Below are positions 40,181 through 55,719 of a DNA stretch of 64,000 nucleotides, piece after piece. The notes under the pieces were generated by a model. That model saw only the letters and a program-made list of their open reading frames with translations, made no database searches and was not told the origin of the DNA. The DNA is from Eledone cirrhosa (lineage: Eukaryota), in assembly GCA_964016885.1 (NCBI GenBank), contig OZ024743.1, positions 318,432,001-318,496,000 on the forward strand, given 5' to 3'. Numbering within the stretch: the stretch's first letter is position 1; each line of letters starts with the position of its first letter. A program made the translations under genes and the position numbers.

Positions 40181-41339
40181 ATGATATCCGGCCAAGCTTT
40201 GAAAGCCTCCTTCTTTGCTTGGATGGCATCTTTCACCTCTTGCTTGAACTAAATATACATATAAATATACATGGTATAAGGGGAATCAGGGACAGAGATT
40301 AATAATTGATTTTGTTATTGTCTCTGATCTCTTCAATTCTGTGCTGAATCACCATCTAGTTACCTGCAACTTGAGACTACCTAAAGCCAAAGAAGCCCAC
40401 AAAACTGGCAGGTCCAGGTTGACCTACAGGATAAAGTGAGAAGCATTGGTGTATATAGAGATCAGGACCAGGTATGCAGATACTACTGCATTCAAATTCA
40501 GAGAACTCCCTGAGCAAACTGAGGAGATTGTTCAGCTCAGCAGTTTCTGCTTCAGCTGTTAAATGCTGTGGGTGAAATATTCTTGGTGTGGCGCCAGATT
40601 GCAGGACTCCTTGGTTCAATTATAAACATTGTATAACTTAATAGGAATAAATATTATTTTTTTAAAATTTCATAATCAGAAATATTGTAATAATTCTTTG
40701 AATAGATAATTGAGTTATTTTTCCTAAAACTAATCTTCCTTGAGCAAGGGTTACACATGAGTATTAGTGCTTCACAAATTGGTATTATTCATCTCATGGT
40801 AAAAATAGTTATTGAAATGTTAATTCATAGTTAAAATTGTATAACTTTTCATTGGTTGAATATCATAAAATATTTCAGTAACTTCTCTATCAAAAATTGC
40901 CGAAGTGAACCAGAAGATTTCTTCATCAAACATGAACCTTTTTATTGCCTTATTTCTAATGAAAGACACTGCCTATGAATTTCACATCATTTTGAAGATA
41001 CTCAAAAATTTGAAGGACTTTAGTAATATAACTAAATTTATCATTTTAAAGCTGGTGTTTGTGGCATAACTTAACAAAGGCTCTTACATGATGGACAGTG
41101 TTTAAATAACTATAAACATTTAAACACTTTAAAATAAGCAGCTTCATACCATTGAATCAGCGGTGGTTTCAAGCGGTTTGGTATCAAAAGGGTTAATTTA
41201 AACCCCAATCTCAGTAAACATTAAAACAATATTCTCTGGAGGTTTTTATAATAATATATAATGATGAAGACTAGATGAATTTATCTAAAACAATTGATGT
41301 TATCTCTGAGAATTTAAAATAACATTCTTTTTTTAATAG

Positions 41340-41487
41340 GGCTCTTTTGAGCTTTATGGTGCTGACTTTATGTTGAGTGATGATTATATTCCTTGGTTAA
41401 TTGAAATCAATTCTAATCCAAGTATGCAACATAGTACAGATGTAACTTCATTGCTATGTTGTAAAGTTTTAGAAGATACTCTCAAAG
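41340..41487 (+). CDS. TTLL3: TTLL3-like exon 15 ([10 protein letters not shown]...[10 protein letters not shown]...)
   Basis: aatag/gtagga boundaries. Catalytic FELYGADF and LIEIN motifs are intact. Confidence 0.97.
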
Positions 41488-41504
41488 GTAGGAACTTTAT
41501 TCAT

Positions 41505-41880
41505 TGTCCGCAGAAGACACAGTAAAGAGGTCGTTTTGGTGCCGTGACAAAAAGCACCCAGTCCACACTGTAAAGTGGTTGTGTTGGTGCCGTGACAAAA
41601 AACACCCAGTCCACATTATAAAATGGTCGTTTTGGTGTTGTGACAAAAAGCACCCAGTCCACACTGTAAAGTGGTTGTGTTGGTGTCACAACAAAAATCG
41701 CCCAGTCCACACTGCAAATGTGGTTGGTGTTAGGAAGGGCATCCAGTCAGAAACCGAGTCAGAAAGAGTTCTGATTGAGCAAGAGTCGGTCATCTGATCT
41801 GGCTTGTCTCCCAATGGGACAACTCGTCTAACCCATGCTAGCATGGAAAAATGTACATTAAACGGTGATGATGATGATGA
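41505..41880 (+). mobile_element. SINE with about 4-5 tandem 47-bp units and RTE tail
   Basis: ccagtccacactgtaaagtggttgtgttggtgccgtgacaaaaagcac repeats, 3' module and (GAT)n. Confidence 0.85.
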
Positions 41881-42067
41881 GAAGAATCAATTGACAATAA
41901 TTGTATTTGAAATAAAGTTGGAATAAACTTATCCTAAGAAATTCGCCACGAAGCAAATTAATTGCTTGATGTATGGCAGAATGGAATAGATGTGAACCCT
42001 CCTTGGATTTGATGATTAGTGTTTCAGTGGTTTATATCATTACAAGTTTCACACAAACACCCACCAG

Positions 42068-42117
<50 letters not shown>

Positions 42118-42847
42118 AACAATAAAACAAAAGACTTCCTTCGCATATGAAGGATCTAGTTTGTTATTGAAAGAAACTTCAACTTTCATAGTCTTTACCA
42201 CCATATGAACAATTTACTTTGTCAAACAGGGTCGATAACAGCAATTATCCAGGTGTGGATAACAGCAATTATTTCTTATATAAAATTATGATGGAGTTGG
42301 ATAGCCACTGCTAGCTTATACATTCCATAATTTGACATGATTTCCATTACTGGATATCCTTCCTAATGCTAACCACTATACAGAATCTACTGGGTGTGTT
42401 TTATCATGGCATCAGCACTACAAGTTTACAGTGTGTACTGGGTGCATTTTATGGTGGCACATCTTTGTATCATATAGGGGCAAATCACATGAGTTGGTGT
42501 CAGAAGGATTAAAAGGGTTATTTGAAATCAGTATAATGAACATTTTCTACTTGATATTTATAAGAAAGAGATATATGAATTAGCTGAAAAGTTCCTAGGC
42601 TGGCCAAGATACTCTCATGGAATGACCAAAGGAAGTTTATTTTTCAACAGAGTCCTTGGAAAGAAACAATGTAGTTATTGATTATAAGAGTTGAAATTAA
42701 TGCATGCAAGATTTCACAGCACTAGCATCAATCCTTCAAAGTCAGCCTATGAACTTTTCAGCCAACCATTGTATTTCTACAAACTATTTGATTTTTTGAA
42801 AAAATTTAATAAAGTACTATTTCTTCTTTTATTTTTTCTTGTTTCAG

Positions 42848-43509
42848 TTATTATTGATCGAAAAGTCGACAAATGTTGTGATATAGGAAATTTTGAGTTG
42901 GGTTACAAACAAAACACAATTCGTTGTCCACTATATCTTTGCTTAAATATGTCCATTGAAGGCCAAAGAATAAAAACTCCAGTTTCAAAACCAATAAAAA
43001 GTAATACTTCATCAATAAATATCAGATATAAACAAGAAAAAGATTTCACACTAAAAGCAACTGACCGAGCCTCAAGCCCAATGAAATTTAAAAGAAATGC
43101 AAAAAGTAGCATCCTGAATAGCCCATATATGAATAATGGGAATTCTGCAATTCCTATTAATAGAAGCAAATTGTGTAAACCGAAATCTTGTTTAGGAAAA
43201 CTTCAAACTATTAGACTGATGGACAAGTATGATACTCAGTTCATTCTTATAGAAAATTTTGCCAAAGAGCAGGAGAAAGAAAGACAAGCTAAATTTCAAA
43301 ATGGTAAAAGTATGCATGTTACACCTGAAGTCAAAAAGATTCAAGTGATAAAATCTTTGAAATTTGAAAATAGATGGGATTCGGATCACCGAAATTATAA
43401 ACTGTCTCTTAACGAAAGTAAAAGTTACAAAGAAGTTACCAAAAATCATGTACGTAAAACTTTAGTTCCTAACGTTGCTCATATAATCTTTCCAATGATA
43501 AAAGTTTAA
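42848..43509 (+). CDS. TTLL3: TTLL3-like terminal coding exon 16 (VIIDRK...DIGNFEL... to TAA)
   Basis: tttcag acceptor ends at 42847. VIIDR...GxFEL motif followed by a basic C-terminal tail; stop at 43507-43509. Confidence 0.9.
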
Positions 43510-43565
43510 AAAAATACAATACTATAGTGAGCCCTAGTTCACCCTAAGAAGAGGCATGATGACCT

Positions 43566-44548
<983 letters not shown>

Positions 44549-46934
44549 GGGAATTTAATTTACCAAAGAAACTATTTCTGGTGCAAATATTTTCTTTTTT
44601 CACTTACTAAAAGTCTTGATTTAATAATTGATAAATTGCAATTATTTCTGAACTCAGAAATAACCAACTCTAAAACTTTGGAAAGTAAAGCAGTATTATT
44701 AAAAGAAATTTTTATTTTTTTTTTTTTATTAAAAATACATCTTTTGACAATTGTTCAAATAATCAAATTTTCTTTTTTGTGGTTGAAAATACATCTTTTG
44801 ACAATTATTCTTTTGTTCGTTTATTCTTTTACTGGATTCAGTCAATGGACTGTAACCATACTGCTTAATTAGTCAATTTTATTTTTTTTTTGCAAAATAT
44901 TTTCTTTTGACTATTGATGAATAATCAAATTGTTTTTTATTGTTAAAAATAAATCTTTTGATGATTGGTGAATTAATGAATTTTCATGTGTGTTGAAAAT
45001 ACATCTTTTCACTATTGGTTAATTAACTCTTAACGTTCTGTACTGAATGAAACAGCATTAGCAAGACATTCTTGAAAAGTATAAAAACTGAATCACATTA
45101 AAAATTGAAGTCTTTACTCTAATGTTGCAATTTTTCACCACAATCTGTTCACTACTAAAGATACTATAAACATTTGAAATAACAAACCTGTTTTTAGATA
45201 TTTGCTGCTAAATCATTACTGGTTGTTAAAAGTTAATCAAAACTTCCTGTAGTATATTCAGTGTTATGCTGTGAAAATCATTAAAATTACAACTTGAGTT
45301 CTCTTCAACAAAACCTGACCAAAACTCATATCTTCAAATTTTGATAATTCTTATGTTTTGTTGTTTTTCCTTTGTTTTTGTTTGTAAAAAAGAAAAACGC
45401 AATATAACATTGCTTTCATTACTTTCAAAAGATTATATTTTCTACTGGCAAAACGAGTTTTATTTCATAATTTCAAATAAATAATTTTCCTGTAAAAGCA
45501 ATTCTTTGGTCATATATCTTGAAAAAATAAGACATTTAGACATATTGTTTGGATTCTTCTGATATGGTGTATATATTTTTAATGTTATATAACAGAAAAT
45601 TGTAAGATTTAGTATTTTTGTAAGGACTGACTCATTATAATCATTATCTTTTGACATCTGTTTTCTATGCTGCCATATGTTGGGTGGATTGTCATGTTCT
45701 AAAACAAGATGGGTCAGATACCAACTCCTCGCTTGTATGTTCCATGTTTTGCCAAGGCTTCCATGGCTGGATACTCTTTCTGACACCAATAACTTTACAG
45801 AGTATATTGGAAGCAACAAGTACTACTACATTACAGCACAAGTACTACTACATTACAGAGTGTACTGGGTGCATTTTATTGTGCTACCAGCACATAAAGG
45901 GTTATCATGTGCTCCATAAAACTAAAACGTTCTCTCTACCCTATAGTCTATCTTTGATTGTCAACCATTTTACAGAGTACACCGGGTGCATTTAACATGG
46001 CATCAGAACTAGATTGGTTGTCAAGTCATCAACAAGACCAAAATACATAGTTTTTCAATTGCAAATTGAAAAATACATATTAGCTTTCTCTTATATGTAT
46101 ATATACACACACACACACAAAATTAAGTTAATTCACTATTACAATCACATAACACCAATACGTGCGTTCCATTAACATATTGATATATGCCAAATCTTTG
46201 GTTTGACATATGGTGGATTGACTTCTGTAATATCTTTTTTCATATAAGAGTTCTAGGAGGGAAGGTAATTAGGTTGCTTAAACGTCAGGAACAAGGGTAC
46301 TATAGAAAGTGTGGATAAAGTAAGGGGGAGCACTCTACTAAAATTAATAAAGGGGACTAACTTTAAGCACCAAGACAAAGAGTATGTTATTTATAAGTTT
46401 CTTTGGGATGGATGTTGAGAGGGGTAATGGGTGGGAGGAGGTAGGAGGAGGACTGAAGCAGAGAAGAAAGTTGAGAAAATAAGGAAGTGAAGCTGGAGAA
46501 GATGGAAGGAGAAAAGGGAAGAAAAGAAAAAAAATGAGAAAAAGAAAAGGAAGAAAGCAAAATAAAAATAAAGATAAGAAGAAAAAGAAGATATTCAAGA
46601 GCAGGAAGATGAACAAGAAGGGAAAGTGTGAGGTGTGGGGGAAGTGAAAGAAGGAGATGGAGGGGGTTATCGTTTTGTTCTGAAGTATTCTGAGAAAACA
46701 TTTAGGATTGTTGCTAGGCACCATTGGCATTTGTTCTTTTAGTATCATTTGTTTACCAAAGTAAATATTTGATACTTATTTTTAGTTTAAGAGACACCAA
46801 TACCTGTGCACGTATACACCCTCACACATACGCATATGTACATATACATATATACTCATGCAAAGACACAGATGCATAAATATATATAATCAATTCAGAA
46901 GGAAAACCAAGCTAGTTATTGAATTTCAGTCATT

Positions 46935-47051
46935 TATTTCTACAATTGTTTCTATGAGGATAAATGTAGTACTGATCAAAAGAATTAATCAGTCAATCAA
47001 TTAATTATTTATATGGCACAAAAACATCTCTCCTCTTATCGTCAGGAAATA
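46935..47051 (-). ncRNA. Type I hammerhead ribozyme motif with long stem II (Penelope-type)
   Basis: Minus strand: tatttc-CTGACGA-taagagga..tcctcata-GAAA-caattg-TA-gaaata. Confidence 0.7.
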
Positions 47052-47779
47052 TAAATCAATCAGTTTAGTTACTTAGTCCCGTTAAGATAATACATAAGCT
47101 AGTATTCAAATAACGAAAGACACACATGAAAAATATAAAAGCAGGTGAGATGTGTAGTTAAAGAATAGCATGAGCCAGCTGATATTCTATATGCAGATGT
47201 GGCTGATCAGCCCATGTACATGGGCTTCTAAACTATATGTTAAGTTCCAGCAGCGAGCGGGTCAGGGAGCACTAGCTTGATAGACCAGAGTCAGAAATGA
47301 TGACATCGTCATTGCTAGTTACCCGTCCTTAGTTTCTGTTAGAACACACTAGATGGTGCTAAGCTATCAGTTTTCAAATCCATAGCTGAAGGCTTTCAAA
47401 ATGTTTATTTATAAACATACCGTATAACACTAGATATACAAATTCATGTATTTCATATATATGTGTATATATATATATATATCATCATTGTTTAACATCC
47501 ATCTTCTACGCTAGCAGGGGTTGGACGGTTTTGTCCCACTTGTGGCAAGATTGGTCGGAAGACCATGTCTCGCTTGTACAGAACTGTTTCTGGCAGGTTT
47601 TCTATGGCTGGATGCCCTTTCTAACACCAACCACATTTACAGTGTGGACTGGGAGCCTTTTTACTGTGTCTCCTACACGACCCCTTTACAATGTGGACTG
47701 GGTGCATTTTGTCATGTCACCTACATGACCACTTTACAGTGGATGGAAGTGGAAGGATAGAGTATGGTATATGGGGTGG

Positions 47780-48665
47780 GGTGTATATTGGGTTAAGGGG
47801 TGCCTACTAACTGTATGTTTAAGTTTGTATGCAAGGGAAGGCGGGTTTTCTGTATAACTGCATAGCATCAAAGATCTTGATCTAGAGAGGTGTAAGTAAG
47901 CAAGGTCAGTTTTTATTACCCCATCCCAGGTTTTTGTTGATCTACCCACTCTGTAGCTTCCTTCAATTTTGATCACTCTGCAACTTTTTATACAGCTGTT
48001 GTCCTTCATACGCATCACATGTTCATACCAACGCAATCTCCTCTCCTGCACACAACATTTGATACCTCTTATGCTTAGTCACTCTCTCAATTCATTTATG
48101 CTTTGCCATTCATGTACATTACTATTACACATCCATCGGAGTATGCTAGCTTCATTTCTTTCTAATCTACACAAGTCTTCTGCACACAACGCCCAGATCT
48201 CACTACCATGTAATATTGCTCATCATGCAATCTGTCTTTCATTTTTAGAGAAAAACCCTTTGTGGCCAATAGCGGTATTAGCTCTCTGAACTTTTTCCAT
48301 CCCGTTCTAATTCTGGATACAGTACTTTCAAAACACCCTCTTCCATTGCTGATTTTATCACCCAGAAAGTGTCTACTATTTCTACAGAACCATCTGGTTA
48401 GTTGAAGGAGATAGTATCCAGTTGGCCCTTGCTACTTACTGCACCTGAGCATCAGCCACATATAAAATCTACATTCTTAGATAGCTTACCCCTGATCCCA
48501 CTACATCTTTTATGTACCCATAGTTTGCATTTGGGGCATAGAATGGAATTCCTACCTACTCCCTTCTTACACACTGAGCATGGCCATTTCCCAGAGGGCA
48601 CAAGTGCTCTATTCTCTTTTCTACATATTAGAACTTTAGTCTTAGACAAGTTAACGTTAAGGCCT
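47780..48665 (-). mobile_element. RTE LINE 3' fragment
   Basis: GKWPCSVCKKGVG..C..C...H zinc-binding segment and RRLRWYEHVMR. Confidence 0.85.
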
Positions 48666-50129
48666 ATATGTATATATATATACATGTCAAGTTCCCCCTC
48701 TCACACCCCACTGTGAAGTGGTTGGCATTAGGAAGGACATCCAGCCATGGAGGCGCAGAATAGAATGTATGAGCAACGCACAGTTATTATAGGGTGACAA
48801 CAATGATGATGATGATGTGTGTGTGTGTGTGTGTATATATATATGTGTGTGTGTGTGCGCGTATATATACACATATGTATATATATATATATGTATATGT
48901 GTCATGTTTATCTCATCGATCTTATCTGGGTATTTCTTTCTATTCTCTAAAGTTTCTTGTCATAGTTTTATCTGTTTGATCCATGCTAATTTCTTGGTAA
49001 AGTGTTTGTTCCATTTCTGTGTGATGTATTTCTCTTCATGATGTATAATGTTCATGTATTCTGTATTACAGATTTAGAATGACTCTAGTCAAACTAAAAT
49101 TAAATATTAAGATAGCAGAAAAACCAGGTATTCCTATAAAGCCCTAATTAGTAGAACATACCCTTTTGAGAAAACCCCTTGCACTGATAGAAAATGTATA
49201 GTCTGCAGATTAAGCCCATGAATTAACTGTAAAACTAGGAATGTAGTATATAGCATAAGATGTACTGAGGGACAGTGTAGGAATTGGAACACAACTTGCA
49301 TAGTTGAGACAGCCCGTAGCATAGGAGAAAGGATAAAGAACACTGGTGAGAACTCCAAGATAAAAATCCTATCCACTCACAGAACAGATGCAATTTACTG
49401 ACAGATTACAGAAATGATAAAGATAAATGAACTCCAACTAAAATTAAACAGAAAACGAGTGGAATAGAAACAACATCACAACTAGTAACTAAGGACAAGA
49501 TAAAGACATACAGAGGCACACAAGAACTAAACTAATAAAACAACCCAAACACACAGAGATAGAACAAGTGATCAACTAGTGACAAGTAAATAAACGTATA
49601 ACTAAATAAATAAATTAATATAAAATAAAGAAATAAACACACACACAAACCTGGATATAATGCATGCACAGTCCAAGTACACAGCTCACAAAAACAAGAT
49701 GGTGTAGGACAGAACAAAGGAGAGATACAAATTAACAAAAGTAGTCACTAAGGAGGTGACAAAATATGTGACAGAGCTTTAACAATCAACAACTAAACAA
49801 CCATCTTGTTATTAAACTAACCAAATGGGAGTTTATAATAAATTGAAGTGAAAGCCAACAGATGCGTGTGTTTTTATTGGCAGCATGACCCTCCCAAAAT
49901 ATAACAGTATCTGTTTCAACACACGCTTTCAGATAAGAAATCATGCAAAACAAATAGAAAAACAAAGTATGTATAGGAACGATCGACCTTCGTCAAATCG
50001 GACCGAGGGAACAATGTTTCCGTTGGTCTTTCCAATTGCTAATACTATCTATCGGTCGCAACTCCAGGTAGAAGGAGCAACGTGAAATAAAGTGTCTTGC
50101 TCAAGGACATAACGCATCGCCTGGTCCAG

Positions 50130-50228
<99 letters not shown>

Positions 50229-50229
50229 G

Positions 50230-50659
<430 letters not shown>

Positions 50660-51449
50660 ATACTCTGCTCTGTAAGAGCATCGAGTGCTCAAACGGCCTA
50701 CCGCTTATGGACGCTTTAAGCATCCAACACCAATTATATATATATCATCATCATCATCATCATCATTTTACGTCCGCTTTTCTCTGCTTGCATATTTATT
50801 TATATTTATATACTCTAAGGTTTTGAATAATCTACCCCCCCCCCCCAACCCCGGCCGTTTATTAATTTTTCTGATTTTTTCCAACCCCCCTGCTTTTATT
50901 CCACCACCAGCGCTTATTAAATTTTGCTAATCTATCTCTGGTGAAATTTTATTGTAAATGATTCATATTGATACAGCAACTGGAGAATCAAATAATTGTT
51001 TCTACTTTTGGCACAAGGCCAGCAATTATCTCAGTGTATTACTGGTACTTTATTTTATCGACCCCGTAAGGATGAAAGGCAAAGTTAACCTCTGCGGGAT
51101 TTGAACTCAGTCCGTAAAGGGACGTAACTGTCCTGCAAAGCATGGCACCCGACCCTCTACCGATACTGCCAATTCACCAAATAATGATAATCTTTTACAT
51201 TAAAAAAGCATTATAAATGACAAAAAAAAACATTATAAGAAATCCAATATTTACAAACATACACTGTACAATTACTGATTTCCCAATCTCACCATTTAAC
51301 CCCCCTCCCCCGCTTATAAGAATTTAATTAAATGTCCCCCTTCCTGCTTTTTCCACCCACCCACCCTATTATTTTTGGACCCAAGAGTATGACAGAAAGC
51401 ACCCAACACAGACTGGGTCTAAAATGGAACCTTATATATATAGAGAGAG

Positions 51450-51484
<35 letters not shown>

Positions 51485-51690
51485 GGTGGTAATTGTCTTG
51501 TTTCACAGAACAAAATTATTTTTAGGAATAGTTTCAATTGTGTTAAAGGACTGGTCAAGAGTTCAGATGAGGGTGGAGAAGGGAGGAAATGTAAACTAGA
51601 GACAATTGCTATAGGGGAGAGAGGTAAATGAGTGAGGCAAATAGGATTGTCAAAAGAAATTTTATTTTAGGAATATGGTTTTATAGAGTA

Positions 51691-52415
51691 CTAGCAGAAT
51701 GGACCAGCATTGCTCGGGATTCTAAACATAGATTGGCATGTTTATCCCTTCTTTCTGAAAAAGTAGTGGGACTTTTTGGGTGGCATATTGGCAATAACAA
51801 TGACGATAAGCCGTCTGTGCTTTCGTGAAATAAATGCATTTGTTTATATTTTGTTTTTGCATATGAAAAAAACATCTGTACATGAATATATAATTATATA
51901 TATATATATATATATATTAAAATAACAGATTAAAATTTAAGCAAAGAATCGCTGCTTTCACCCTTAACATGATCTTCTGAAACTAAAAAAAACAATCTGT
52001 GAATGCAGAAGTAAATATTTCGAAAAACGTTGCAACCAAAGGAAAACAGGAAGATGATACTTTGGTTCGTGAAGACGTTCCCTGGCAATGAACGGAAAAT
52101 AGCAAAGATAATACGTCAGCAATGAAAACAATATTTTCATAATGTCGTAATGCAGACAGCCAGACATACAGACAGATATTATAAGGGGGCAACGTTATAG
52201 TTATGTATCTCTCTAAAAAGACAGACTAAGAAAGAGAGAGATATCGCTAACCGGCGCCTAATGCGGTCCCTAGGGCATTGAAAATTTGAAATATTTTTTG
52301 CTCAAAACACTCACACAACCATAAGTATTACTTGCGTAAAGTTTGAAAAACATCGGTTGGGTGGTTCTCGAGTTTTAGGGAGACAGACAGACATTCTCTG
52401 TTTTAGATATATAGA
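51691..52415 (-). mobile_element. Non-autonomous Helitron
   Basis: 5' TC, 3' hairpin and CTAG, inserted between A51690 and T52416. Partial homolog at 14790..15089. Confidence 0.72.
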
Positions 52416-52545
52416 TAAGTGTGTATGTGTGAGTGTGTATATAAACATGTGTGTGTGTGTCTTATTGTAAGTGTGATGGGATCAAAACTTAGAGAAATAT
52501 TTTGGGGGAAACATATATATATATATATTTCTTTGTTTTTGTAGT

Positions 52546-52586
<41 letters not shown>

Positions 52587-53580
52587 ACGCTTTAGTTTGT
52601 TTGTCACAGGTCTTTTTGTGGTGGGAAATTGAAAAGAAACAAGCAAAGCCTCAGTGATGGTTTCCAATCAGGAATATTTGGAAAATATGTGTATGAACTC
52701 TTGACCAATCCTTTAACACAATTAAGACTATTCCTAAAAATAATTTTGTTCTGTGAAAAGACACAACCACCACCACTACTACTATTATGACTACCTCTCA
52801 CTTTATATATAAGGTTCCATTTTAGATCCAGTCTTCGCAACAAGAAAGATAAATAGACCTCTTCAACACTTAATTTAACATTTTAAAAATTCTTTTTAAT
52901 TTTTAATTCTTTTTAATTGTAATATTCAACATTTGATAAAATAGCTTACACTGATACATCGAAACCGGTTACATTTTATATACATTATAAAACTCCTTTT
53001 TTTAAAGAACTGTTCCTCACATTTTTTCAATAATGTCACTTTGATGAATCAAAGAAGAAAAAAAGAAAACAGATCTTTAAATATATTTTCTGTGCTATTT
53101 CCAATCACACTTATTGTAAGTGTGATGTTTTGTATAGAACCTTACTCCCTTTTCAAATATATATATATTTTTTCACATATATATATATTGTTATATATAT
53201 ATATTGTTTCTACTTTTGGCACAAGGCCAGCAATTACCCAGTACATTACTGGTACTTTATTTTATCGACCCCGTAAGGATGAAAGGCAAAGTTAACCTCG
53301 GTGCGATTTGAACTCAGATCATAAAGGGACGTAACTCTATGCTTCAAAGCATGGCGTCCAACTCTCTACCAATACTGCCAATCCATCGCCCTTGTTATAT
53401 ATATATATTGTTATCCAGAAATAGCCGTCGAAACGGCTTGAGCTCTGCCATCGGGGCTCATACTTTTTCCTATTTCCCACTCTACTAACCTAAGTATTGA
53501 GTACTCTGGTGCGTTATGGTCCATCTAGTTCCTTACCACAATTCCTTTGTTATATATATATATATAGTAAAACCTACTCC

Positions 53581-53957
53581 AGCCAGTAGGCATCTCTAAC
53601 AAAATACACCCCGTCCCACCACCACCACCCCCACCCCATCCACACCACCCCATTCTATGTAAAGTTATGTTGGTGCCGCGCCATCCAGGCCGAAACAAAT
53701 GAGATCGTGTAGGTGTCACGACAAAAAAACACACAGTCCACGCTGTAATGTGGCCGTGTAGGCAACACGGTAAAAACCTCCCAGACCCACACTGTAAATG
53801 TGGTTGGTGTTAGGAAGGGCATCCAACTGTAGAAAACCTGCCAGACAGTCCTATGCGAGCAAGACAATCACTCTTGCCTCAAGTGGGACTACCCCCGTCC
53901 AAACCCATGCAAGCGTGGAACACGGACGTTAAACGTTGATGATGATGATGATGATGA
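53581..53957 (+). mobile_element. Young SINE (near-identical to 6558..6935)
   Basis: Direct comparison; (GAT)n tail. Confidence 0.85.
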
Positions 53958-54482
53958 TATATATGTTTCCCCCAAAATATTTCTCTAAGTTTTGATCCCA
54001 TTACACTTACAATAAGACACACACACACATATGTTTATATACACACTCATACTCTCTAAACCCATATTCCTAAAATAGAATTTCTTTTGACAATCCTATT
54101 TGTCTCACTCATTTACCCCTCTCCCCAATAGCAATTATCTCTAGCTTACATTTCTCACCTTCTCCACCCCCAACTGAACTCTTGACCAGTCCTTTAACAC
54201 AATTGAAACTATTCCTAAAAATAATTTTGTTCCTTGAAGCAAGACAACTACCCCACCACCATCACCATTATTTTTAATTGTAATATTCAATATTTGATAA
54301 GATGGTTTACACTGATACATCGAAACTGGTTATATTTTATATATTTTATATACATTATAAAACTCAATTTTTTCAAAAGAATTGTTCCTCTCATTTTTTC
54401 AATAATGACACTTTCATGAATCAAAGAAGAAAAACAACAAAACAAATCTTTAAATATATTTTCCGTGCTATTTCCAATTATA

Positions 54483-54514
<32 letters not shown>

Positions 54515-54626
54515 CTATATATATATATTTATATTTACACACACAAACATATATATATATATTTATATTTACACACACAATCATATATATATATATTTAT
54601 ATTTACACACACAAACATATATATAT

Positions 54627-55719
54627 ACCAGATAGAAAAATGCGTACAACAAAAAAAAGTAATATTGTTGGAATATAAACCTTTAAAAATACAGGACAAG
54701 AAACTAAAATAAAACTTTAAAAGAATAGGACAAGAAACTAAGATAAAACTTTAAAAGAATAGGACAAGAAACTAAGATAAAACTTTAAAGAATTGGACAA
54801 GAAATAAAAAACTTTACAATAATATTAGTGGCAAAATTTTTATTGGTAAAAAATCGAGTTCCACATTCATAGGCTCTGGGTTCCACATTCAGAGGTCGTC
54901 GTCAGACCGGGGGATCATTTGATCCTGGTTTGAACACCAATTGGGCCATAACCATACCCCTATTTCATCATTCGGCGACACGCCTCATGTGTCATGCCTA
55001 ATGTGAATGGACCCATGGGCCCATGAGCACAGATCTTGAGCAGCAGCGGATGGTCTTGTCGTCCCGCTCATCCTTGATCTTGACCAACCCGTCCATCTTC
55101 TCCTTGCATCTTGTCCTTGAGTTCAAGTCCGGCAGTCCAGATGAATGCGTGCCACAGCTTTCTGGTACAGGAAGGGGGAGCAGGAGGACTGGAGGGATGA
55201 CGGGACAGAGGGAGGGAGGACCGGTGGTTGAGGGAGATGCCGTAGTCGGTGGTCAGAGTCGACATCTTGTCCCGGTCGTCTTCTCCATCTTCGTCTGGTG
55301 TTGCGGGACCAGAAGTGCATTCTTGGAGGAGACCTGCAGCTGCATCGGCCAATTCTTCTTGCAATGGTCATTCTGACGGAGCAGAACTGCTCAGCCAACC
55401 AACCCCAACCAGAACCAACCGCTCAGGGGCAACGCACAATGAGAGCATGACAATTATTATGCAATAATCAAGAAGATACTGGGGCATAGCACAGGAAACG
55501 AATAAAAAAATTTTGCCACTAATATTATTGTAAAATTTTTTATTTCTTGTCGAATTCTTTAAAGTTTTATCTTAGTTTCTTGTCCTATTCTTTTAAAGTT
55601 TTATCTTAGTTTCTTGTCCTATTCTTTTAAAGTTTTATTTTAGTTTCTTGTCCTGTATTTTTAAAGGTTTATATTCCAACAATATTACTTTTTTTGCTGT
55701 ACGCATTTTTCTATCTGGT
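54627..55719. mobile_element. Foldback-like unit with ~218-bp TIRs containing 34-bp tandem repeats
   Basis: 54627..54844 is the reverse complement of 55501..55719 with about 3 substitutions and one homopolymer indel. The 660-bp core is GC-rich. Confidence 0.8.

Noticed and set aside
42691-42847. 5' extension of the 272-aa ORF as a separate gene
   Set aside because: It lies in intron and MITE sequence upstream of the splice acceptor. The remainder is the last TTLL3 exon.
46344-46748. Hydrophobic F/L/S-rich ORFs
   Set aside because: A purine-rich low-complexity tract with no coding signal.
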